From positions 33,881-97,880 of the forward strand of contig CAWAOD010000004.1 in NCBI GenBank assembly GCA_963783575.1: 64,000 nt of DNA. Direction: 5' to 3'. Origin of the DNA: an uncultured Spirochaetota bacterium. Lineage in GTDB: Bacteria > Spirochaetota > Brevinematia > Brevinematales > JAOACQ01. Made by a program: the position numbers and the translations under genes. Positions 41,068 to 51,090 of the stretch are shown one piece after another. The number at the start of each line of letters is the position of its first letter. The stretch's first letter is position 1. A model generated the notes under the pieces. The model worked only from the letters and a program-made list of their open reading frames with translations, was not told the origin of the DNA and made no database searches.

Positions 41068-41241
41068 GGATGGGAAAATTGATCCGGTCAAGGCTTCTCA
41101 TTTCAGCTTATATTGTAGCTTGTTTATTTACCTGTCTATAACTCTATAACGCTAGTAAAGAATTACATACAGACAAATACATGAAATTATTAGTAAACTT
41201 AAAATTAGAAATTCCAAACAAAGAAAATTTTTCAATTACTA

Positions 41242-41270
41242 TTGACTTTAAAAATAATTTATGATAAAAT
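41242..41270 (+). promoter_or_regulatory. sigma70-like promoter for the arsR-like operon
   Basis: TTGACT (41242-41247), a 17-nt spacer, then TAAAAT (41265-41270). The ORF-track TTG start coincides with the -35 box, so the real start is probably the ATG at 41293. Confidence 0.5.
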
Positions 41271-41292
41271 ACATGTAGATGAGTGTAAACAT

Positions 41293-41586
41293 ATGAATGA
41301 TAAATTGCAGTTAGATATCGTAACAGAAATTTTATCAGCGCTGGCTGATCCTACACGACAGGAAATAATAAAAATATTTTATACCAAAAAAGAATTATGT
41401 GCAAATGATATTGCCGCAAATTTCAAATTAACCCGGCCTACTATCTCTCATCATTTAAACTTGATGAGGCGTTTGAAAATTTTGAATTCCCGCAAGGAAA
41501 GGAAAGAAATCTATTATTCCTTCAACAAGGAATATGTTGTCGGTATACTCGAAGGGCTTTTAAGCCTTCTAAAAGGATGCTGTTGA
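41293..41586 (+). CDS. ArsR/SmtB-family transcriptional regulator
   Basis: Contains LSALADPTRQEIIKIF...CANDIAANFKLTRPTISHHLNLMRRLKIL (winged HTH). Confidence 0.85.
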   Translation: MNDKLQLDIVTEILSALADPTRQEIIKIFYTKKELCANDIAANFKLTRPTISHHLNLMRRLKILNSRKERKEIYYSFNKEYVVGILEGLLSLLKGCC

Positions 41587-41646
41587 ATTTTTTTGTAAAT
41601 TATGTAGATATGTTTAATCATATTGAATTATATTTGGAGGATTTTT

Positions 41647-42321
41647 ATGGCCCAGATTATTGAAAAAAGTCAGTTTTCCGGCAGAATTGCGGAATTGTAT
41701 AACCGGTTGGCGTTTCTATACGATCCCTTTACAGATCACGAGATCATTCATCACCGCGAAGCGGTCGGGAAGGCAGCAATCGGCAGATATGAACGGGTGC
41801 TGGAAGTTGCCTGCGGAACCGGCAGAGGATTTCTGGAGATTGCAAAATTCACAAATGAAAAAATCATTGCTATGGATTTATCGGTAAATATGCTGAAAAA
41901 AGCAGAAATGAAAATTAAAAAATACCACCTTAACGGGAAAGTTGATTTACTGGTTGGAAACGCCAAACATCTTCCTTTCAATGATAATTCTTTTGACGTA
42001 CTCTATAATTCATACATGTTCGATTTGATCGATCAAAACGAAATGGCGGGGATCGTTAGCGAATTCAGGAGGGTTCTAAAACCCGGCGGAAAGTTAGTTT
42101 TGGTTAATCTGAGCAAAAATACGGAAAGAAAAATCATCTATGAAGAATTCTACGAAAGGGGACTGCTTAATTTTATTTCTGGAAGCTGCCGCCCGGTTTT
42201 AATGGGACCTTTCCTGCGGGATGCTGGTTTCCGGAATATTGAAAGATATTACAGGAAAAACCGGAGTTGGTTTTTTGTAAATTGGATGTTCGGTACGGAA
42301 ATTGTAACCGGGATAAAATAA
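41647..42321 (+). CDS. Class I SAM-dependent methyltransferase
   Basis: GGAGGA lies 5 nt before the ATG at 41647. Motif I is VLEVACGTGRG, and the post-I region reads LKPGGKLVLVN. Confidence 0.85.
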   Translation: MAQIIEKSQFSGRIAELYNRLAFLYDPFTDHEIIHHREAVGKAAIGRYERVLEVACGTGRGFLEIAKFTNEKIIAMDLSVNMLKKAEMKIKKYHLNGKVDLLVGNAKHLPFNDNSFDVLYNSYMFDLIDQNEMAGIVSEFRRVLKPGGKLVLVNLSKNTERKIIYEEFYERGLLNFISGSCRPVLMGPFLRDAGFRNIERYYRKNRSWFFVNWMFGTEIVTGIK

Positions 42322-42349
42322 CTGGCACCAGCCAATACTGGCATTCAAA

Positions 42350-43594
42350 TTAGAAATTAATCTGTGTCCATAAATTGATGGCCGAATTATATACAAAATT
42401 GCCGAATTCGGTATTTCTGCCGCCGTAAAAGATGTCCGCGTTCAGATCAAACGACATATTCATAGTATCGATAAAATAACTGATATCCGGAACGTAGATG
42501 CCGCTGTAATCTGTGAGGTTCATTATAACGGAATTATTTACGGTTACATTAGGGATAATAAAATTCCCAAGTGATAAGCTGGAAAATAAATAATTCCGGG
42601 AATTTTTATACATCTGGTAGTACTGAAGGGAATAATAATGCTGTGATATATTATTTTGGACCGAGTTCATATAATCATAATAATTTATAAAATTATCCCT
42701 GCTCCAGACATCGCTTTGATATAAATATTCGATTGCCAGGGATATGCTGTCTAGAAATTTAAAATCCGGCAGGGACTGTGAAAAACTGCCACCCAGTAGT
42801 ACGGCGTAATTTTCATTGGTTGAGCGGACATTTGTGAAACCGTTACCGTTCTTATCAAACCGGTAATTTACATGATCCTGCTGATACATAAATTCAGTAT
42901 AAAATTTCAGGTTATTGTTTTCGCTTAAACTGTTGACATAATCAAAATTTAAGCCGTATTGCGGCTGTTTTGAGTTTTCAAGAACTGCGAATGCGAAACC
43001 GGAAAAATTTTCCGCATCAAAGGATAATTTCGGTATTACCGGGAGGTTTGAAATATTGGTGGTTTCGCCGGGTTTGATCATACTGAAGAGTTCCACCGAC
43101 ATAAAGCTTTGAATGGGAAACAAGATGCTTATAAAGGGGTTGCCTTCAGCCTCATCCGGCGGTTTCAAAGGATCGCTCTGCAGATTGACTATGTCAATCG
43201 GGTTGAAAAATACCCCGTCTCCCCATTTTACGAATTGCTTTCCGGTCCTCACAACCATAAAATCAAAAATCAGATCGATATACATTTCTTTAATAAAAAT
43301 ATTCTCAATTGCGTTAGTGCTGTTTGTAAAATTAGAAGATACCGGATAATACTGGGCCTCGATCTTGATTGCGCCTTTTGAATTTTCCCCTATTCCGCTC
43401 TTAAAAACCAGGTCTCCCCTCATATAATACAATAAATTGCCTATCGAATATAAATTTGATGGGTTTAATGAGGAATTATTGTTCAGATCATATGAGGAAA
43501 GTTCGTTAAAGACGCTTCCCTTAATTTCAACAGCAATGGACGAATTGGTTAATATACTCAATAGAATAATAAATAAAAAAAAATATTTATGCAT
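42350..43594 (-). CDS. Putative outer-membrane beta-barrel protein (DUF1302-like)
   Basis: It has a signal peptide, an alternating beta-strand pattern and a C-terminal ...WTQINF. The IKEMYIDL...RTGKQFVKWGDGVFFNPIDIVN motif resembles DUF1302. The family call is tentative. Confidence 0.55.
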   Translation of the reverse strand: MHKYFFLFIILLSILTNSSIAVEIKGSVFNELSSYDLNNNSSLNPSNLYSIGNLLYYMRGDLVFKSGIGENSKGAIKIEAQYYPVSSNFTNSTNAIENIFIKEMYIDLIFDFMVVRTGKQFVKWGDGVFFNPIDIVNLQSDPLKPPDEAEGNPFISILFPIQSFMSVELFSMIKPGETTNISNLPVIPKLSFDAENFSGFAFAVLENSKQPQYGLNFDYVNSLSENNNLKFYTEFMYQQDHVNYRFDKNGNGFTNVRSTNENYAVLLGGSFSQSLPDFKFLDSISLAIEYLYQSDVWSRDNFINYYDYMNSVQNNISQHYYSLQYYQMYKNSRNYLFSSLSLGNFIIPNVTVNNSVIMNLTDYSGIYVPDISYFIDTMNMSFDLNADIFYGGRNTEFGNFVYNSAINLWTQINF

Positions 43595-43595
43595 A

Positions 43596-44309
43596 TTATT
43601 CCCCGCTTATAAATTTGATATAATTCTCATTATAATATTTTTCGGGAATATCCTTTAATATTTTGATATTATCGATTACAACTATACTTATCCTGTCCTT
43701 AACAGGTTCATAAAATTTCATTTCTATTTTTTTGTTTTCAAAATCGATTTTTGTAAATTCGCTTGTTTTGAGCAGAGTGCCCGAAACGGCATAATATTCC
43801 TTCTTTTTGGGGAGATAGGTTTTTTTATCGATTGTGAAAATAATTTTATCATAACCCTCGGTCCCTTTTTTAACCCTCAGATTGATTATGTAATCATCTC
43901 CCGATTCGTCAATGTTAACAACATCATAATCCGCGGATAATTCAGTGGAAAATACATCGCCGTAATTCAGCAGGGTGTTCATAAATACCGCTTTGTAAGA
44001 CATCTTCATCAATTTGTTATTTGTAGTGAAATAGCTCCATATCACTTTACCCTTTCTTAAATGGGCCGAACCTGCGACCCGCTTCGGTTCAACAATTATA
44101 AGAACATTTTTAATCCAGCCTTTTTTGTAACCGGTCATCACATCCAGATTTACGCTCCCGTTTGCGTTGCTTGTCGTGATCGAAAGATTATAGGTACATA
44201 CTTCAGGAATCAGGATACTGTCCGATTTATTCAGGAGTTCTTCCGGTGTTAAACCGAAAGCGATATTTGATACAAAAAACAAAAGAGGTATTATAACCAG
44301 CTTATACAT
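43596..44309 (-). CDS. LolA-like outer-membrane lipoprotein-sorting-type protein
   Basis: 237 aa with a signal peptide and the pattern TPEELLNKSD...MTGYKKG...KVIWSYFTTNNKLMK. Its position after two FtsX permeases is typical for the LolA_like family. Confidence 0.55.
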   Translation of the reverse strand: MYKLVIIPLLFFVSNIAFGLTPEELLNKSDSILIPEVCTYNLSITTSNANGSVNLDVMTGYKKGWIKNVLIIVEPKRVAGSAHLRKGKVIWSYFTTNNKLMKMSYKAVFMNTLLNYGDVFSTELSADYDVVNIDESGDDYIINLRVKKGTEGYDKIIFTIDKKTYLPKKKEYYAVSGTLLKTSEFTKIDFENKKIEMKFYEPVKDRISIVVIDNIKILKDIPEKYYNENYIKFISGE

Positions 44310-44332
44310 AAAAATCTCCTTAACTCGTAAGT

Positions 44333-45475
44333 TTAATAACTGAAAGGCTTCTGCTTCATAATGGTTTTAATCGGTTTGTAGGAAGCAATGTAAATAGTCA
44401 GCAAAATAAAAACGATTATTATCATCACATCCAGCAGGGATATTTCGGAACGCAGAGGCATATACATTAAATCCCCCAGGTCTAAATAAATATTGCCGGT
44501 TTTTGACAAAAAATCCGTTAAAAATCCCAATCCTATCCCAATCAAAGTTCCAAATATAGAGGCAATAATATATTCCAGAACAATCAAATTATGAATTCTT
44601 AAATCCCGCATTCCGAGCGCAACATAGGTCCAGATTTCCTTCCTTCTCTTAAAAGCATACATATAAACAATCACCGCTATAACAATTCCTATTAATGGCA
44701 TCAGCAGTACGATTAGAAATGTTTTCACTATCGTAAAAACATCTATCATAGTTTGATACGGACCGGTAAGCCAGTATATATCGGTAGTATAATTGACCTG
44801 AACATAACATCTTGAATACAAATAATAGTACAAATCATGCCCTAGCTTCGAAGCATCATGTTTTGAAGCCATATTTTTGTCAATAAATCCAATTACACGG
44901 TTAACGGATTTTGAATTAAGTAGCTGATCCATGCCTTCCTGTGTAATAAGGTTTCCTCCGGATTTATTAATACCGACCACTGTATATTTAATTGCGTTTA
45001 TCACTCTTTCCGGAGTTGTTGTTGTTAAGTAAAGAGTATCGCCAACTTTTAAAGTTTTCTTAAAATCATAATCGCTAAGCATAATCTCATCAGGCTTTAC
45101 AGGCAAGCGTCCCGAGGCCGGTCGGTAATAATCCATCCTCCAATCCTTTATATTGGATGTAAATTCATTCAGCCAGATCATTCCGCTTTGCTTTGGAGAA
45201 TCAACCATCACATAAATATTCCTGGTAAAGTAGATATTTTTAGCTTTAATATTACTCACATAAGAAGCTATTTTATCAGTATCCGTAAACGCAATGCTAG
45301 CATATGCATCCCCGCTCCAGGAACGTGTGCTTTTATAAATATAAGAACCGAAATAATTGCTGAAACCGAAGATCCAGTAAATTATAAAAGCAACCGATGT
45401 GAATATAATCAGTAAAACTAAAGAAAGCCACCTGTGTTTAAGAAGATTTTGAAACACAATTTTTAATAGAATCAT
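44333..45475 (-). CDS. ABC transporter permease, FtsX/MacB-type
   Basis: 380 aa with an N-terminal TM segment, a large periplasmic domain and 3 C-terminal TM segments (FtsX fold). It shows an ATGA overlap with the upstream permease. Confidence 0.8.
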   Translation of the reverse strand: MILLKIVFQNLLKHRWLSLVLLIIFTSVAFIIYWIFGFSNYFGSYIYKSTRSWSGDAYASIAFTDTDKIASYVSNIKAKNIYFTRNIYVMVDSPKQSGMIWLNEFTSNIKDWRMDYYRPASGRLPVKPDEIMLSDYDFKKTLKVGDTLYLTTTTPERVINAIKYTVVGINKSGGNLITQEGMDQLLNSKSVNRVIGFIDKNMASKHDASKLGHDLYYYLYSRCYVQVNYTTDIYWLTGPYQTMIDVFTIVKTFLIVLLMPLIGIVIAVIVYMYAFKRRKEIWTYVALGMRDLRIHNLIVLEYIIASIFGTLIGIGLGFLTDFLSKTGNIYLDLGDLMYMPLRSEISLLDVMIIIVFILLTIYIASYKPIKTIMKQKPFSY

Positions 45476-46734
45476 ATATTCCCCTCATTAAATACCTCGA
45501 CGGGGTTGATTTTATATGTAAGATAAACTGGATACCAGGCCGATAAAAACATAATAATAAGTATGATTATATAGGAATAGATTGAAGCTGAAAGCGATGC
45601 GTTAAAATAAAAATTCCCCCCGGCAAAACCTGGCCTTAATACTCCCGGGTTCAATCCGGAACTGAAAATAAGTGATAAAACCCAATAAATTATTATTGAT
45701 AAAATATAGCAAACGCTGGAAAAAAGAAACATTTCGCAAAGTAACAGCAGATTTATCCATAATGGTTTGGCCCCGATGGAATACATAGTACCGATTTCTT
45801 TCTGCCTCTCGAAAAATGACATCATATTAAGATTAAATGTTGAAACAAACAGAATTATTATAACCACAATGCAGATAAAAACCCCTATAATACCGATAAA
45901 ACTCGCAAACCCTTCGATTAAGCTGAAAGAATTTTCCGCGTTAAAAAAAGTTAAATGATATTTATCAGACATCTTTTGAAGATTAATTTTATTTTGCCGG
46001 TCATTATCCCATACGCAAACCTCAATGCTTTCACCTTCGTTTAAACCTAATTTCCCGGAAAGATATGAGTAGGGAACTAAAAAAATGGGGAATACGGGGT
46101 CCCACCCTCTTTTTCCTTCCGTCTCCGAGTCTTTCACTGTTTCAAGGAGTCCGGTAATGATAAAAGTATATGGATATGAATTATTATCAACATCTTTAAT
46201 AAACAATGATACTTCCCAGCCAACCCTGAGGTTTAGTTTGTCCGCCGAGTCTTTCCAGACAAGGATCCCATTTTCAACCGCCGGATCGTATTTCCCTGAA
46301 GAAATTACTAAATTTGTTATATTTTTCAATTCTTTAGCTATGTCGCAGCCAATTACCGTCTGCGGCTTAAAGGTGGAAAACTGCTGATTATCAAAATCAT
46401 AAATTATTCCGCCCAGGCGGATCCTTTTTGAGTAATTCATGCGATGAGAATCAAGATAATTATAAATTTCCGGGGGAATAAGCTTACTGGGATAATTTAT
46501 CCCGGTAAGCGTGTAATCTTTTGAACGCTGATCATGAGTTGTAATATTATAAACGCCCGTAAAAGTCCTTGAAATATAAGACCTCCATGATTGTACCGAG
46601 AGGCTCCTAAAATTATCGCTGAACAGGATCAAATCAATCGTTAGAATAAGAATGATACCAATTAAGATATTCTTTGTTTTATGACGCAGGATGTTTCTAA
46701 AGGCCAATTTAAAGACATAGTAAACGGATCTCAT
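45472..46734 (-). CDS. ABC transporter permease, FtsX/MacB-type
   Basis: 420 aa beginning LAFRNILRHKTKN, with the same topology. The ERQKEIGTMYSIGA motif is typical of FtsX-like permeases. Confidence 0.8.
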   Translation of the reverse strand: MRSVYYVFKLAFRNILRHKTKNILIGIILILTIDLILFSDNFRSLSVQSWRSYISRTFTGVYNITTHDQRSKDYTLTGINYPSKLIPPEIYNYLDSHRMNYSKRIRLGGIIYDFDNQQFSTFKPQTVIGCDIAKELKNITNLVISSGKYDPAVENGILVWKDSADKLNLRVGWEVSLFIKDVDNNSYPYTFIITGLLETVKDSETEGKRGWDPVFPIFLVPYSYLSGKLGLNEGESIEVCVWDNDRQNKINLQKMSDKYHLTFFNAENSFSLIEGFASFIGIIGVFICIVVIIILFVSTFNLNMMSFFERQKEIGTMYSIGAKPLWINLLLLCEMFLFSSVCYILSIIIYWVLSLIFSSGLNPGVLRPGFAGGNFYFNASLSASIYSYIIILIIMFLSAWYPVYLTYKINPVEVFNEGNI

Positions 46735-46804
46735 TTTTATACTCCAATGTTATATAACGTTATGAGCAAACTCACTCCTTGATAAGGAGGGGGATTAATT
46801 TTCT

Positions 46805-47477
46805 TTAACTTACAATCGCACCGTCCTTAAGCCTGTAAAGATTTGTGGCGTATTGAGTTATCGAGGGATCATGAGTCGAAAAAATAAATGTAACATTTTC
46901 TTCATGATTTAGTTTTTTCATTGTTTCCAAAATAGATGTTGCCGTTCCGGAATCGAGATTTGCTGTTGGCTCATCGGCTAGTATCACCTCAGGTTTTGTA
47001 ACTAGGGGCTCTTGCAATCGCAACCCTTTGTCTCTGTCCCCCTGAAAGCTCATCTGGCCTTTGCCGGATATGTTTTTCAAGCCCCACTTCCTCAATAGCT
47101 TTCATAATACGGTTTTTCTTTTCGGCGTTGCTCAAATTCTGTCCTTTGATATAAAGAGGAAACTCGATATTTTCATAGATGTTAAGGACAGGAATAAGGT
47201 TAAACGACTGGAAAATGAAGCCGATTCTATTGATCCTTAAGTCAGCAAGCTTATTCCTGTTTAAAGAAACCACGTTATCATCGTCAAAATAAACCTCTCC
47301 ATAGTCCGGTTTATCCAGGCAGCCTATTATATTAAGCAATGTGCTTTTTCCGCTGCCCGATGGTCCCATAACGCAGACAAATTCTCCTTTTTCGACATTT
47401 AAAGAAACATCTTTCAACGCATTTATCTCCACTTTTCCCAATTGGTACTTTTTGCTTATATTTTTAACCTTGATCAT
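46805..47477 (-). pseudogene. ABC transporter ATP-binding protein (LolD/MacB-type), frameshifted in a C-run
   Basis: Walker A is GPSGSGKST and the signature is [14 protein letters not shown]. The frame is then lost at GCCCCT (plus-strand G-run near 47004-47008). The expected continuation LVTKPEVILADEPTANLD is found in ORF 46805-47095. Confidence 0.8.
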
Positions 47478-47717
47478 TAATACCCTCCAATATTCTTTCT
47501 TTTATCTTAAAATCGCATTTAGTCTTATCTCCCCTCCTTTGGAGGGGAAGGGGGCAGGTTATTTAAAATTATTGCTCAAAAAACCAAACTTCATTGGTCT
47601 ATAATAACTTAATGAAACTATTTGTCAATAGTCATTTTGGACTATGATAAAGTATTTTTATATAGGAAATATGTCTTATAACCCTGTAACTTCTTGCTTT
47701 AATATGAATTAACGTCA

Positions 47718-48710
47718 TTATATCAGCTGTTCCAATGAATTATATTCAACCGTATTTGATATAAAGATATTCCCGATTATTAAATCAAAATCGCCGCAAT
47801 CTCTGTTAAACTGGAAATATGTACTGAGAATCGGGTAATCTATCCGGTTGTTCAGCAAAATATTATTTGGCTGATAATCCTTCCTTTGTACAAATTTGTA
47901 TATTGGTATTACTATATCTTTCCATCCTTTCCAGTTGTCGGTTATATTATAAATAAATTCTTCATAGTCTACATCCCCTATAATAAAAAAGAAATTTTTG
48001 TTTGATTGCTTACCGAGAATTCGCAATATCAAATTTGAATTGCTGTTCCAGTACCCGTATTTTGAAAGGAAAATAAATGATACTCCTGTATAATCTTCAG
48101 TTTTTGAATGGATTAACAGTACCCGTTTTTTTCCGTCACTGGAATCCCTGACAAAATTTGTTTCAATGCTGCTTTTTGGCCCTGAAAAAGTAAAAAACCT
48201 TTCATTATTATTAAAATCCTTTAAAACCCAAGCCTTTTCCAAGTCATCGTTAACCGAAATCATTTCTTCGGGCGAAGACTTCTCCCATATTTGATGCCTG
48301 CCGAAAATATTGAAATACATGAATATTTCCACTTGAATGGTTTGATTGCTTTGGCTGGAATGAGTAATTTCCTTAAGTTCACAATAATATTGCCTGCCTG
48401 TCGAAGGATCAGTGTAAAATCCGTTTTTAAACGTACCAGCAGAATTTTGTTTTAGATTGTAAATCCAGGCTTTGCCTATTACATTTTTATCCTTAAATTT
48501 ACCTCTACAATTTTTTGATTTTAAATCTTCCGGATAACCGGGCAGGCTTAAAACGGACGCTGATAAAATATTATTAATAATGGATATTTTCCAGAAGGCT
48601 TTTATATTTCCTTTACCGTCGATGCTTTTCCAGATTCCTGATGGGTCAAAAGCATAGAGATTCACAGAAATGTTGAAAATGATAATAACGATCATAAAAA
48701 ATATTTTCAA
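47718..48710 (-). CDS. Secreted hypothetical protein with a DUF2147-like N-terminal region
   Basis: It has a signal peptide. The DPSGIWKSIDGKGNIKAFWKI region resembles the DUF2147 motif. I recognise nothing in the C-terminal ~180 aa. Confidence 0.5.
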   Translation of the reverse strand: MKIFFMIVIIIFNISVNLYAFDPSGIWKSIDGKGNIKAFWKISIINNILSASVLSLPGYPEDLKSKNCRGKFKDKNVIGKAWIYNLKQNSAGTFKNGFYTDPSTGRQYYCELKEITHSSQSNQTIQVEIFMYFNIFGRHQIWEKSSPEEMISVNDDLEKAWVLKDFNNNERFFTFSGPKSSIETNFVRDSSDGKKRVLLIHSKTEDYTGVSFIFLSKYGYWNSNSNLILRILGKQSNKNFFFIIGDVDYEEFIYNITDNWKGWKDIVIPIYKFVQRKDYQPNNILLNNRIDYPILSTYFQFNRDCGDFDLIIGNIFISNTVEYNSLEQLI

Positions 48711-48943
48711 GTCAACACCTCAAAATAATTATTTAATGGGTAAAATTAACAAAATCCGATTATAATATATCAGGGATGATTTATTTTTTCAATTGATAAA
48801 TATAATTGAGACCCATACAAATACAATCAGGGATAACCCTGATTTTTTCTGATTTTCTAAAAGGTACCGTTATAAATTAATCCGGGGCAATATGCACCAA
48901 TCTGTGCCTGGGTTGAGACTTATGAACTGATTGGGAACACTTG

Positions 48944-49624
48944 CTAATCAATAATCTTCATTGAATGTAAAATATCCTGTGTTTCCAGCATCATATCGAT
49001 AGCCATATTATTGGATATTATAACATTTTCAGTATTTTCAACAGCCGATGGGATTTTATCAAATATAAAATTGAATATTTTAACCACATCGGGGCAAAAC
49101 TGATCGCCTGAATGATTATTTATCTCCTGGAAAGCATATTCATATGAAAGTTTCTTGCGGTAGCTTCTGTTTGAAGTAATCGCGTCAAAACTGTCCGCAA
49201 CGGCAATTATACAGGATTGAAACGGAATATTATTACCGGAAAGATTTGATGGATATCCCAATCCGTCGTAACGTTCATGATGGTGCAGAACTATATCTGC
49301 AATTTCATTGAATATATGAAGACGGTTTAGAATTGTGAATCCGATTGCCGAATGTTTCTGCAGTATTAATAATTCTTTTTTATCCAGCCTGCCGGGTTTA
49401 TTCAATATTAAATCCGGTATTCCGATTTTTCCGATATCATGCATATGGGCAGCGTAATGAATGGTTTCAATTTGATCTTTAGGCAAATTCATTTCTCCGG
49501 CTATTAATAAAGAAACAGCCGCAACCCTTTCGGAATGTGAAAAAGTATAAGGATCACGGAAATTAAGGATATTGTTGACAGTATCAATCAAATCATCCAC
49601 TGAAAGATTTTTATCTTTTATCAT
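48944..49624 (-). CDS. HD-GYP domain c-di-GMP phosphodiesterase
   Basis: Contains HSERVA, HMHDIGKIGIPD and HHHERYDGLGYP motifs. Confidence 0.9.
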   Translation of the reverse strand: MIKDKNLSVDDLIDTVNNILNFRDPYTFSHSERVAAVSLLIAGEMNLPKDQIETIHYAAHMHDIGKIGIPDLILNKPGRLDKKELLILQKHSAIGFTILNRLHIFNEIADIVLHHHERYDGLGYPSNLSGNNIPFQSCIIAVADSFDAITSNRSYRKKLSYEYAFQEINNHSGDQFCPDVVKIFNFIFDKIPSAVENTENVIISNNMAIDMMLETQDILHSMKIID

Positions 49625-49833
49625 AATACAATTATTATACCATTTGATTTTTTTTATCTCAACAAGTTTAAATATTGATGAAGTTTTTGTCTTTCTTCAA
49701 TATACACTTAAAAAAACTTAAGAGCAGCGGAAACTACCCTAATATCAGTCATGATTCAAATTTTAATATTGTCTATAATTATAAATTATAATAATATTCA
49801 ATATAATATTCCATATATTTGTATATATTCTTA

Positions 49834-49862
49834 TTGACAGTCAGATTAATTTATATTATAAT
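49834..49862 (+). promoter_or_regulatory. Perfect-consensus sigma70 promoter
   Basis: TTGACA (49834-49839), a 17-nt spacer, then TATAAT (49857-49862). It lies inside the ORF-track start region, so the real start is probably the ATG at 49876 or 49888. Confidence 0.6.
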
Positions 49863-49887
49863 TTATCTTAATTTAATGAAGGAAATA

Positions 49888-51090
49888 ATGGAACAAAAAG
49901 ATTACGCGATGACAATAAAAGAAGTCGCAAAGTTTTTAAATATCTCAACACAAATGGTTTACCTTCTTGTGAAAAATTCAAAGTTGTCCGCTTTTAAAAT
50001 CGGCAGTGCTACCCGTATATTATATTCCGATCTCAACCAATATATATCAGAGCAAAAAAATGATTTTGCTAGAATAAATACCGATCTACCGGATTTGAAT
50101 GAGACTACTATAACTGTTCATAACTTCAACATTCATAAAAACGGTGTTCTTTTAAAAGATATCGGTTTTTCAATCCCGAAGGGTGAAATACTTGCTGTAA
50201 TCAGCCCATCGGATAATGATGTTGCATTTTTATTCCGGACAATTGCGGGGCTTGAGAAAATAGACGAAGGTGATATATATCTGGGAACAAAGAAAATTAC
50301 CCGATTAAAAGATGCGGATAGAGGCATCGGATATTTATCCAGGGATTATTCCCTATATCCGAAATCCGAATTATATCAAAACATGGAAAATTCAGATAAT
50401 ATCGCATTTTTAAAAGAATCCGGTATTGAAAGCAGCCTTTGGAATAATTTTCCGCCTGGTTTAATGGAAGTTTTTAAACATTTGATAACATCCCTAAAAA
50501 TGAATGGGGAATCTTTTGAATTAATCCTTATGGAAGATCCCATGAATATGCTTGATCCCAAACAATTTTCCGATTTCCGGATACTGCTGAAAAAAATTAT
50601 AGCTATTCTTGGGAAAACGGTTATCATTAGTTTAAGTAATCCCGATGATGCACTCTTCATAAGTAATTATACTGCGGTTATAATAAACGGAAGAGTTGTC
50701 CAGTTCGGTAAAACGCAGGATGTGATAAACCATCCGGTAAATAAACCGGTTATGGAAATTCTATCACGTCTTGGTGTCAATGAAATTCCGGTGGATATTA
50801 AAGACGGTGTTACGGAACCATATAATATTCCGGCAGGTATTGATGAAGGGACATTCCGAATGACCTTCCGTACGGAAGAGATTGATATATTAAATCAGCC
50901 GAAATCAAAAGGAATTCCGGTTGAAATGCTTGGAACACGTTTTTATGACGGCAACAGACAGTTAGCACGATGTAAAACAGAAAACGGAACGGAAATCGAG
51001 ATTTTAGTATCCAATAAAGTCGGACATCAATTTGTTTTTGCACCGAAAAACCCTATTTTTTTCCCGGCTGAGGAAGATGAGGAATTCTGA
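49888..51090 (+). CDS. Excisionase/MerR-type HTH fused to a degenerate (non-catalytic) MalK-like ABC ATPase fold with a C-terminal regulatory domain
   Basis: The HTH reads MTIKEVAKFLNISTQMVYLLVKNSKLSAFKIGSATRI. The ABC-like core aligns with the neighbouring ATPase, but the Walker A position reads ISPSDNDVAF, no LSGGQ is present, the Walker B position reads LILMEDP, and the H-loop position reads SNPDD. Confidence 0.7.
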   Translation: MEQKDYAMTIKEVAKFLNISTQMVYLLVKNSKLSAFKIGSATRILYSDLNQYISEQKNDFARINTDLPDLNETTITVHNFNIHKNGVLLKDIGFSIPKGEILAVISPSDNDVAFLFRTIAGLEKIDEGDIYLGTKKITRLKDADRGIGYLSRDYSLYPKSELYQNMENSDNIAFLKESGIESSLWNNFPPGLMEVFKHLITSLKMNGESFELILMEDPMNMLDPKQFSDFRILLKKIIAILGKTVIISLSNPDDALFISNYTAVIINGRVVQFGKTQDVINHPVNKPVMEILSRLGVNEIPVDIKDGVTEPYNIPAGIDEGTFRMTFRTEEIDILNQPKSKGIPVEMLGTRFYDGNRQLARCKTENGTEIEILVSNKVGHQFVFAPKNPIFFPAEEDEEF

